Assembly (NCBI GenBank): GCA_002269645.1
Contig: NIVC01004258.1
Coordinates: 1-52,899 of the forward strand
From: Macrostomum lignano
Lineage: Eukaryota
DNA length: 52,899 bases
Direction: 5' to 3'
Position numbers and translations under genes: made by a program. Of the stretch, positions 1 to 9,668 are shown piece by piece. The notes under the pieces were generated by a model, which worked only from the letters and a program-made list of their open reading frames with translations, was not told the DNA's origin and ran no database searches. Position 1 is the first letter of the stretch, and each line of letters begins with the position of its first letter.

Positions 1-330
1 TAGTAGAACTGTCTACTCATTTAGCGACAATAAAAAGGCACTGGCATACACGATATACATGCATACTACTTATATGAATAAAATGAGTAGTACGGCTATG
101 CTGATTAAAGTTCCTTTATAAAGGACTGGCCAACACACACAGAGTAAAAAGTAATAAAAAAAATTCAACTACAAATAAAACAGACGAGTCACAGAGCAGC
201 GGTGGTTCGAGCACGCCTGCGGTGCAAGGATTAATAATAATAGCCCAGGAAAGAGAGGCCAACGCAAACGACAGCAAACCATAGTAAGGGTTAATTAAAA
301 TAGTCTACACAGGTGTCTAACAATTACTGG

Positions 331-2927
331 TCACGTGACCGGCAGGAGCCGCCGCGCGGCCAGGCACCGCTCTGAGCCAGCTGACGCTGCCAACGGCCAC
401 CCCGGGCGCCGAGTCGCCGGCCGCGGCGCCGTCCGGCCGCACAAGGTGGGTGGCGTCAGCGCGCTTCGTCAACCACCGTCGCCATCGTAGGCGAAGACGA
501 GGCGCTCGAGTTCGCGCCGTTCGGCCGGCAGCACCTCGGCGGCGAAGCAGATCCGTGGCCGACTTCAGCGCGCGTCGGGCAGCTGCAGCCGCTGCCGCTT
601 CGCGGCGACGACGACGAGGCCTCCGCCGACTTCGCCAGCTTCCTGCCGGCTGGCGCCTTCTTCGGCGCGGGCGGCCGCAGCTTCGCCGTCGTCCTCGTCA
701 TCGTCGTCGCCGCCATCGCCGCCGGCGTCGCCAGTGAAGCTTGGACTCGGCGGCGAGTTTCTGCAGCCTCTGGAGGTTGGTGGCCTCCCGCCAGGTCTTG
801 TCGTCGCGGACCTTTGTGACCCGGGAAACCGGATGCCAACGCCGCCGGTCGTGTGCTGCGAGGAGTGCGAGAACTCGGCGCCAGTGATCTCCACACCGGG
901 GAGGCCTTCGGGTCGCGCACCAGGCAGTCGGGCAGGAGGCCGCTGCTGCAGCGAAGCCAGCTGGGCGGCGAGCGGCGGTCGTACCTGCGGGGGAGGGGCA
1001 AAGCCGCGTCACGTGACCATTACTGGGATCATTGATCACGTGACCAGGTAGCAGCTCCCGGTATGGGTCTGGAATTCACTGATCACGTGACCAGCTGGCA
1101 TTCACAACAAAGACCATCAGCTCACTTGACCCAGTCGATGGACTTCTGCAGTTTGGCCACCGTGGCATCATCGAAGCCGTTGGCACACTTGCAGACGGTT
1201 CGCCAGGTGCCCTCGCCGTCGTGGCAGCCCATGAGGAAGATGGACAGCTGGCCGCCTTTGCTGCCGGTGCCGTAGTAGCCGCCCAGCACCACCAGGTCGG
1301 CGGAGTCGCGCCATGGCTCCGTCGTGCAGGTAGTCCTTCTTCATCTTCAGCCAGTGCCGCTTGCCGGGCTCGTAGACGCCGTCCAACGACTTCAGCACCA
1401 GGCCTTCGAGACCCTCGTTGAAGACGCGCTTCAGCAGGCGTTCCAGAGGCGCCGGACTGCGGATGAGCTCGGCCTCAGACAGGTGGACTCGATGCTTCAC
1501 CTCCTGCATGCTGCGCTCCAGAACCTGGTTGCAAGTGATCCGACAGATACTATTTAATCGTAAAAGTACTCAAGAGCTTTAGTATGCGAGTACTTAAGTA
1601 CATGAGAAATTACGTACGCAAGTACTTAAGTACACGAGAACTTACGTACGCGATAACTTACGTACGCAAGTACTTGAGTACAGAAAAACTTATGTACGCG
1701 AGTACATGTACTTACGCACACGAGAACTTACGTACGCAAGTACTTGAGTACAGAAAAACTTATGTACGCGAGTACATGTACTTACGCACACGAGAACTTA
1801 CGTACGCAAGTACTTGAGTACAGGAAAACTTACGTACGCGAGTACCTAAGCACACGAAAGCTTACGTACGCGAGTACTTAGTAGAAGAGAAGCAAAGCTT
1901 TGTATCCAACGCACCTCTCTCCGTTCCTTCAGAGGCCGCAGCATCAGATTGTCATTGTTAAACTGCAGACAGTCGAACACAAACAGACAGACGGTGGCAT
2001 CTTTAAAGGCCTCCTTTTTGTGCACGCCGAGGGTGCCAAACGGCAGCGGCTTGTCGGTCTTGGTGTCCATGAGCAGCACCTCGGCGTCCACAATCAGATT
2101 GTCGCCGCCGGGGAAGGCGCGCGGAATGAACTCCTTCAGGTGGGCCACCTGCGAGTTGGAGAATGGGGATAGCAGTTCGGCTTGCAGGGGCTGGCAGTGA
2201 CTGACACGCAAGTACTTGACAAATACCTGGCTACTTACCTTGTGCGGCTGCACAGGCTTGAGCGAGCGGCTGAAGTAGGAGAACTGCTGGCCCTGCTTGT
2301 GCACCTGCACCCGCTCTCCATCGTACTTGATCTCCGCGTAGAACCCGTTCGGGCAGCGGCGCATGGCCTGAGGGAGGGGTGAGCGCCGATCTCAGCTGAT
2401 CTCACTGATCTCAGCCATCACACAGCTGCCAGTGTGACTCAAATCTCACATCTCACAGATCTCAGCCATCACACAGCTGCCAGTGTGACTCAAATCAAAT
2501 CTCACGTGTTCAACGGAGCGGCAGGCCTCGGCCAGCATTGGCAGGACGGGCGTCATGAGAGCGGCCCGGACGCTGAGGTTTCGCTTCACGGGGCTGGCCT
2601 TGGCGGCCAGGGCTCGCTGGAGCACGTCGTGCAGGTTCCTGGAGGCCTGGAAGGCCGCGTAAGCGTTGGGGTCGATGGCGTCCAGGATGTGCTTGGAACC
2701 GGCGTTCATGCGCAAGTCGTGGCGCACCAGACGCAGCACCATGCGCAGGTCGTTGCCGGTGCACCTGGGTGGAGGGGAGCAGTTGGCTGCTGTGACACAG
2801 TGATGGGACTGCTATGCGTCTGTCTGCCTGCCTGCCTGCCTTTCTGCCTGCCTGCCTGTCTGTCTGTCTGCCTGCCTTTCTGTCTGTCTGTCTGTCTGCC
2901 TGCCTTTCTGTCTGTCTGTCTGTCTGT

Positions 2928-3005
<78 letters not shown>

Positions 3006-3067
3006 GCCTGCCTTTCTGTCTGTCTGTCTGTCTGCCTGCCTTTCTGTCTGTCTGTCTGTCTGTCTGT

Positions 3068-3100
<33 letters not shown>

Positions 3101-4600
3101 TGTCTGTCTGTCTGTCTAACTATCTATCTGTCTCACTTGGCGGCCAGCTGCTTGAAGGCGGCGCCCTGGTCGTCCTCGCGGCTAAGGCCGGCCAGCCGGT
3201 CCAGGAAGGCGTCCACCTCCTGCATACTCAGACTGCTCTTGGCGGCGCCGCTGCCCCGCTTGTCGAACTCGATGCCGACTGTCTCGGCGATGTCGCCATT
3301 GGAGTTGAGCAGTTCCTGAAAGACATTTGAGGGAGGACGGGCGACTCAGTCAACCGCGAGCGGCTTGGATTGCCAGCTGCACCAGAAAACGCGGGAGCCG
3401 GTCTCTCCCACCTGCATCGCGTCAATGGGCGCGCCGAGGATGCCGCTGAAGATCTTCAGCAGCTGGCGATCCTTCACGTTGTAGACGCGGCGTTCAACGC
3501 CCGGCAGCAGCAGGCGAATTAGCAGGCTCAGGTCGCCTTTGAAGCCGCCGCCCGTGGAGCCTCTGCGAAAAAATTTGGCGCGGCAGAGTTGATGGCTTAG
3601 CTGGGATGGGTCAGCAGTGACTCACTGAAGGACACTGGGGTGGGTCAGCAGTGACTCACTGAAGGACACTGGGGTGGGTCAGCAGTGACTCACTGAAGGA
3701 CACTGGGGTGGGTCAGCAGTGACTCACCGGGGGACACTGGGGTGGGTCAGCAGTGACTCACTGGGGACACTGGGGTGGGTCAGCAGTGACTCACTGGGGG
3801 ACACTGGGGTGGGTCAGCAGTGACTCACTGGGGGACACTGGGGTGGGTCAGCAGTGACTCACTGGGGGACACTGGGGTGGGTCAGCAGTGACTCACTGGG
3901 GGACACTTGGGTGGGTCAGCAGTGACTCACTGGGAGACACTGGGTTGACTAAGAAGCAGCCAGAGGGAAGCACCAGAGTCAGGCCATTTTACTTGGCTAG
4001 AAACTCGGCCAGCACCCGGGTCTTGTCCGAATAGCCCGGCCGGTCTGCAATTTCGGCCACGAGTTTGCGGAAGGTGCGAAACGCGTTGTCCTTGGCAGCG
4101 TCTTCGGGCGAGTCGCCTGGACCGGCCATCGACAGCGGCGCTCGAGTTGGCAAGGTCGAGGCGGCGGCAGAGGCGGCGGCAGAGGAGGCGGCAGCGGAGG
4201 CTCCGGCGGAGGCCTTGCCAGCGGGGCTGACGGGCAGGGTGGTCTGCACCAGCTTCTTCGGTGACGCCCTGGCGCCGCCGGCCGCTTTGTTGCGCCGCTT
4301 CTCGGCGAGATCGTCGATGAGGCGCTGCAGCAGCTTCTTGTCGGCGTCCTGCAGCGATTCGGCGCCGTCCAAATCGTCCAGCGACTCCACAACCCGCGTG
4401 GTGGCGCGGGCCCGCTCGAACGTGGAGAACAGGCAGCCGGCGTGGTACCACATCTTCATCTCGCCGCCCTCGGACGAGAACGGGTTGGCGGCCACCTTGC
4501 AGAGGCGCAGGGTGTCCTTGTCAATCTTCTGCTTGCACTGCTTGCAGCCGGCCGTGCCGCGCTTGGCGTACTCGCAGCCGAAGCTGCCGACGTTCGACAT
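331..4600 (-). CDS. LIG3: DNA ligase III (alpha-type, with C-terminal BRCT); 8 coding exons; last two exons contain frameshifts in this sequence
   Basis: Exons (minus, all GT-AG): 4600-3993, 3562-3412, 3315-3137, 2764-2506, 2367-2239, 2148-1915, 1524-1126, 984-331. Domains seen: PARP-type zinc finger (CEYAKRGTAGCKQC...WYHAGC), DBD (LLLPGVERRVYNVKDRQ; RHDLRMNAGSKHILDAIDP), adenylation motif EIKYDGER, EGLVLK...PGKRHWLKMKKDYL, OB domain (EITGAEFS...GIRFP), and BRCT remnants (VFAYDGD, ATHLV, VSWLRA..LAARRLLPVT*) ending at TGA 333-331. Exons 1-6 are in phase; indels occur at about 1309, 892, 824 and several more in 331-740. Confidence 0.96.
1565..1880. repeat. GTAC/CGTACG-rich minisatellite in LIG3 intron 6 (70-nt higher-order unit)
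   Basis: 1661-1730 is repeated exactly at 1731-1800 and partly at 1801-1880. Sub-units are built from cttacgtacgc(a/g)agtact. Confidence 0.9.
2819..3132. repeat. (TCTG/CCTG)n compound microsatellite in LIG3 intron 3
   Basis: Continuous tctg/cctg tetramers; source of the spurious LSVC/LPAC ORFs. Confidence 0.95.
3607..3945. repeat. 34-nt minisatellite (about 10 copies) in LIG3 intron 1
   Basis: Unit ggggtgggtcagcagtgactcactgggggacact, with a 34-nt period. Confidence 0.95.
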
Positions 4601-4714
4601 TGCCTGGTTGCTGCTTTCGCTGATGGGGCGCTGCTGGCGGCCGCGGACGGGACAATGCGCTGAGAGGGGGGGGGGACAGGGATGAGGCCAGTGTTGTATG
4701 ATTAATATGCGACA

Positions 4715-5235
4715 CTGGCTGTGTGATACTGGCTATGTGATACTGACTGTGTGATACTGACTGTGTGATACTGGCTGTGTGATACTGGCTGTATGATACT
4801 AATGACAGTGTCACACTAATGGGTGCGTGATACTAATGACAGTGTCACACTAATGGCTGTGTGATACTAATGACAGTGTCACACTAATGGCTGTGTGATA
4901 CTAATGACAGTGTCACACTAATGGCTGTGTGATACTAATAACAGTGTCACACTAATGTCTGCGTGATACTAATGACAGTGTCACACTAATGGCTGTGTGA
5001 TACTAATGACAGTGTCACACTAATGGCTGTGTGATACTAATAACAGTGTCACACTAATGGCTGTGTGATACTAATGACAGTGTCACATTAATAGCTGTGT
5101 GATACTAATGACAGAGTCACACTAATGGCTGTGTGATACTAATGACAGTATTACACTAATGGCTGTGTGACTAATGACAGTATTACACTAATGGCTGTGT
5201 GACTAATGACAGTATTACACTAATGGCTGTGTCAC
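4715..5235. repeat. 34-nt minisatellite between TMEM19 and LIG3, with a 14-nt lead-in repeat
   Basis: Unit tgtgatactaatgacagtgtcacactaatggctg, preceded by (tgtgatactggctg)-type 14-mers. Confidence 0.93.
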
Positions 5236-5442
5236 ACTGGCTATAACTAGTATAACTTAGAATAAATCTAAAACTATAAAGGAGCAACAAAGCTTGCCAA
5301 TTGTTCCCTAACAAAAGAATCAAACAAACAGTCATCATTCACTCTTGTAAACTTACTCCCATTAAAAATGCAGCAGTATATTTGGAAACCAATGGCAGTT
5401 GAATTTTATCATCAAGATACGGAATTATCTGGCAAAGTTGGC

Positions 5443-5448
5443 TTTATT
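5443..5448 (-). terminator. Candidate poly(A) signal of TMEM19
   Basis: AATAAA on the minus strand about 100 nt after the stop codon. Confidence 0.45.
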
Positions 5449-5544
5449 CTTAGTATAGCGGATTATATCAGTGGCGGCAATTAGGCATGTACAGAACAGC
5501 TGGAAATCAGTGATCAGGAGCCCTGGATTGACACCGGCAGGTGC

Positions 5545-8379
5545 TCACAGCAGCCAAGGCGTCGCTGCCAAAGCCAGTCGGGGCAGCAGCAGGCAGGTGA
5601 TAACGGATGACAGCAGGTTAACCAGGTGATTGTTCAGCACCCGGCAGCCGCTGATGTGGCGGATTCGCGGCCCGGGGTGCTCCGTCACCAGCCCCGTGTC
5701 GATGTCGAAGCCTGGGAAGCGAAGGGGCGCCACTGAATGCCAAGGGCCAACAATGGGTGCCAAGGGGCGCTAATGAGGTGCCAAAGGGCGCTAATGAGGA
5801 TGTCAAGGGGCGCCAATGAGGATGTCAAGGGCCAACAATGAGGTGCCAAGGGCCAACAATGAGGTGCCAAGGGACGCTAATGAGGATGTCAAGGGACGCT
5901 AATGAGGATGTCAAGGGGCGATAATGAGGATGTCAAGGGGCGCCAATGAGGATGTCAAGGGGCGCCAATGAGGATGTCAAGGGGCGCCAATGAGGATGTC
6001 AAGGGGCGCCAATGAGGATGTCAAGGGGCGCCAATGAGGATGTCAAGGGGCGCCAATGAGGATGTCAAGGGGCGCCAATGAGGATGTCAAGGGGCGATAA
6101 TGAGGATGTCAAGGGGCGCCAATGAGGATGTCAAGGGGCGCCAATGAGGATGTCAAGGGGCGCCAATGAGGATGTCAAGGGGCGCCAATGAGGATGTCAA
6201 GGGTGCGAGGCACAGAATATACACAGAATGCCAAATCGAGCGATTTCAATGAAGCCGAATTAAAATTCGTGTGCACTACTCTTGTTGTGAAGTCTATAGC
6301 TAGTAGTATAAATTAGCGAAGAATAATAAGTAACCTGGAGGACCAAGTGTAAAATTGTATAATTTTTTCGTATTTTATCATCTAAACAAACCAAACACTT
6401 TGAAGAACTCCAGTTAAGCAGAATTCATTCGCATCATCAACAAACAACAGTTAAACAGCATTTAATCGCATCAGCTTCTTCCTCTCTTCAGCTCTCTTTA
6501 TTCCTGTCGTACGCCCCCGCTTTCTCTGCTGAGCGAGCGTCCTCTGGCTGTTGCACCAGTGATGCAGGCGAAGTCTGGCAAACAACTTAGCCATTGCCTT
6601 AGCACAGCGTTCGCCGTGATCCGAGCTGTGCGTCTGAATATTTGCAAGAACAATGGGAAAGAACTTTTCCTGAAGCCGTTTGCTCACGTCCTTCAGAACG
6701 AACAACTCTTTGTCCGTTGTCGTGAAGGAGCGCTCCATCTGACAGACTGCAGATATACTGCCTTGTTGGGAATGATCCAGCCAACTGTGCCAGCAGGCAG
6801 GTCTTGAGCTTCCTCAGTGGAGTCTGCTGAAATCAGACCATCGCCCTGCGGACCAGGACTGGGCGCACTTGCACTTGCTGTTACTTTGGCCTGAAACTCG
6901 GTCAGCAAGGTGCTGCCATCGTTCTCGCAGTTGCTGTTGGTCTGCGATAGACAGCCCAACAAGTGGTTGACAGTGGATTTTCCAGCCATGCTGCGCAGAA
7001 AAGCTCACACTGAACTTAGTTTTCATTTGAAAGCAAAGAATAAAAGTCGCTCTTAGAATAGTCTATGGCAAAAACTCAAGCCCTACTTATCAAAGCTTCA
7101 CAACAAGAGTAGGCTGGTGTAATTTCAATTCTTGCACCGATTTTTTAAACAAAAATGCTCGAATCCGCATTCTGTGTATATTCTGTGGTGCGAGGTGGCC
7201 AAGGAGATGAGCAGACAGGTAATACACCAGATCTCAGCTGAGCTAAACTCACCTGAGTACTGCAGGGTGGCGCCCAGCAGGGAGTCCACCAGCGAGCCGA
7301 TGAAGCCGGCGGCGGCACCGGCGGCCAGCAGGAGCGGCAGCTGTGGCGGCGCGGCTATCAGGTCGTCGGCGGGCACGGCGGCGCAGACGGCCAGCCAGTA
7401 GGCGAGGCCAACAATACCGCCGCCGGCGCAGCTGGCCGCCGTTCCGACCAGGGAGACGCCGCCGTTGGTGCCCGGCGGGACTCGGCGAAGGCCGATGATG
7501 AGGCGCGGCTGGCCCCAGGCGAAAGCGGCGCCGACCTCGGAGGCCCAGGTGTCGCCGCAGCAGGCGGCCAGGGCGGCCAGCAGGGCCAGGGAGACGTAAG
7601 AAGGCGACGGGTAGCGGGCGAGGTCGATTGGCAGCTCGGGTCGCGGAGGCGAGGCGAAGGCGAGGTAGGCGACGGCGCACAGGGCCGCGGCAAGGCCGTT
7701 GCAGAGGACCTGCGTGAAGGGAGGGGGAAGTCGGGGCAGTCCGGGATGAATTCAGGAGAGAGGTCAGGCCACTCTGCCACGTGCGATCCTTTGCTCCAAG
7801 GATGGAACGTAAGCTCAGCGAATATCGTGATAATTTGTTAAGGCTTAGGGAGCCGGTTTCATGGCAACAAATAACTCAGGCCCACACACCTGTATCCAGT
7901 TGCGCTGCGCGCCCTGCTCAAAGTCGGCCTCCAGACGGACCTTCCGATGGGCGCCCAGGCGGGTCACATAGGAGCCGGAGGCGAAGAAGGCCAGCAGGGC
8001 TGCCACATAGCAAGCGTTGGCGTAGGCCAGCAGGGCGCCAATGGCATAGCCTGAAACAGTAGGTGGGGAGGCTCTGAGGCCTGCAGATTGCCAACTGACT
8101 GACAGACCAAGGCCTTGGTACTGGAAGGCTGCAGTGCTTCACAGCAGCTGCCTCTGGCAATTGCAGCCTCCCCTTGTAAGTCTGCAACTTGCATTCCAGA
8201 ACTATCCTAGTGAGATTGGCGTTTTTCAGCTTTGTTTTTTCCACTAAGACTCTTAGACTCTCAGCACAACTCAGCTCACCTAGCAATGCTCCAGAAATAG
8301 ATAGCGATTTCTTCTTTAACCCAGCCTTGGCAACAAAGAAAGGAAACACCAATGAGAATAGGATCCTCAAGTAATACAT
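5545..8379 (-). CDS. TMEM19: Transmembrane protein 19 (DUF92 family), 4 coding exons, 294 aa
   Basis: Exons 8379-8280, 8050-7890, 7709-7253, 5711-5545; total 885 nt, phases consistent. Motifs GLKKKSLSISGAL, GAQRNWIQVLCNG, GDTWASEVG, VPPGTNGGVS, GSLVDSLLGATLQYSG and HISGCRVLNNHLVNLLSS match the TMEM19 family. An acceptor (TTTGCAG) 9 nt upstream of the ATG implies a further 5' exon or leader. Confidence 0.93.
5735..6202. repeat. 22-nt minisatellite in TMEM19 intron 3
   Basis: Unit gaggatgtcaaggggcgccaat, about 20 copies, degenerate at the left end. Confidence 0.95.
6211..7187 (-). mobile_element. P-element-superfamily DNA transposon, internally deleted (977 bp), in TMEM19 intron 3
   Basis: Perfect 21-bp TIRs cacagaatatacacagaatgc (6211-6231) and gcattctgtgtatattctgtg (7167-7187). 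Perfect 8-bp TSD GTGCGAGG (6203-6210, 7188-7195). The interior encodes a frameshifted P/THAP9-like transposase C-terminus. Confidence 0.88.
6451..7000 (-). pseudogene. Truncated, frameshifted P-element/THAP9-like transposase C-terminal fragment
   Basis: ...NSNCENDGS...GWIIPNKAVYLQSV / MERSF...KLFARLRLHHWC...ERKKLMRL resembles the GNC-DD, GL.YPS and F.IR.HH.K blocks of P-type transposases. Recognised by eye; frame break near 6740. Confidence 0.6.
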
Positions 8380-8664
8380 GGCTTTTTGCTGCAAAGCATG
8401 GATTTGTAATCCAGAAAGGTTTTTTAAATTGATTTTTTGTAGCTTGAATTTGTAATTATAATTGTATGGATAAATATTTATAAACAGCCAATTATCTGTC
8501 AAAGCAGCTAATCAATTTTTAGCCATTTCTGCAATAATTACTAAACTCTAACTAAATTATACAGTTTTATTATTGGATTGGAACTTTTATAAGTTGCTTA
8601 AGAGTAAATATTGTAAAAGCTACTGAAATAGAATGGTTTTCTCGGGGTGGCCTGGTAGGTCTTT

Positions 8665-8684
8665 GAATCCCACCGCTGCCACCA
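8665..8684 (-). other. Primer-binding site complementary to the 3' end of tRNA-Leu
   Basis: Minus strand TGGTGGCAGCGGTGGGATTC is the complement of the tRNA-Leu 3' end GAATCCCACCGCTGCCA+CCA. It lies 1 nt from the LTR end (...ACAACA). Confidence 0.88.
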
Positions 8685-8685
8685 A

Positions 8686-9668
8686 TGTTGTACCTGTGGT
8701 TGTCCTGCTGTACAGCGCAGTGACTTGGGCTCCGTCGTCTCACTTAGAAGCCTTCTTAACTTTAGTAGCGTAGGTAGTGCTGCCACCAGTTCCTTCAGGT
8801 CTCGGCCTTCGATGAGGTGAGCTTCCCGTCGGAACGAAATAAACAAGTCAACGAACTCAGCACAGCGTGCAGATTTGCAGATTAATGAACAAGGCGTCCT
8901 GATCAGCAGATCCCCGCCGGGCTCAGGGGTGGCTGGGAAGGCAGTGTTAGCCTCCCTTAGGCTTGGGCTTTAGTGGGGTCTCAGTCAGACCAGTACAAAC
9001 GGATTCAGTACGCAAAGGGCACTTAGTTAGACACTGACGCACACGGGATCTTAGTGAATTCTCCGCAGATAAGAAGCCAAAATCCTTGACGGAAACAAGG
9101 GGAGAGGGGTCCTATTTATAGCCGGGAAACACCCACGCACAAGACCTCGTGACTTGTTCTATTTTTAGAACTGACGTCACTTGAGATCTCGAGGCAGGGT
9201 CTCAGTGCGCGCAAGACCTCGTGACTCGTTCTATTTTTAGAACTGACGTCACTTGAGGTCTCCGGCCAGAGTACACGCGGCTGTGACTCAGTTGCTATTT
9301 TTAGCAACATGAGTCACTCCTCTCCTTAGAGAAGGGAGGGGTCCGAAAGCACGTGATTCTCCCGGTAAACAGGGCCAACGAGTGCAGCAAACATGTTTAC
9401 TGCACTTTAGGACTCGAAGAACGCAGAGTCTGTCATGTGACTTGCTCCCATGACAGAGGAAAACGGGACGGGAACGAAACAGAGACAGCCCACAGCAGAG
9501 AAGCTGAGGGCTGAGAACAGAGACGCAGAAGGGCAGAACAGGCCAAGGGGGCAACAGACGGGCCAAGGGGGGTGGGAAGCTGACCAGCGGCAGACAGCAA
9601 CCCAGGGCGAGGGCGAGGGAGACTGCTGACAAAGTGGGACGCCTAACATCAACTAGCGGATCACTACA
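8686..9668 (-). mobile_element. LTR of a retrotransposon (5' LTR + PBS, internal region lost), probably Ty3/Gypsy
   Basis: On minus it begins TGTAGT (9668) and ends ACAACA (8686), followed by the PBS. It contains a TATA box, a duplicated ~50-nt U3 motif (9140-9260) and a GC content distinct from the AT-rich flanks. Only ~25 nt of internal sequence follows the PBS. Superfamily is inferred. Confidence 0.82.
9113..9120 (-). promoter_or_regulatory. TATA box within the LTR
   Basis: GGCTATAAATAGG on the minus strand, at the expected U3/R position. Confidence 0.6.

Noticed and set aside
4065-4685. Antisense ORFs overlapping GC-rich exons (also 20916-21643, 28581-29366, 38593-39712, 51212-51770)
   Set aside because: Extreme GC3 on the coding strand suppresses stops on the opposite strand; none has recognisable motifs.
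8665-8684. tRNA-Leu gene
   Set aside because: Only the 3' 20 nt including CCA are present, next to an LTR end. This is a primer-binding site, not a tRNA gene.
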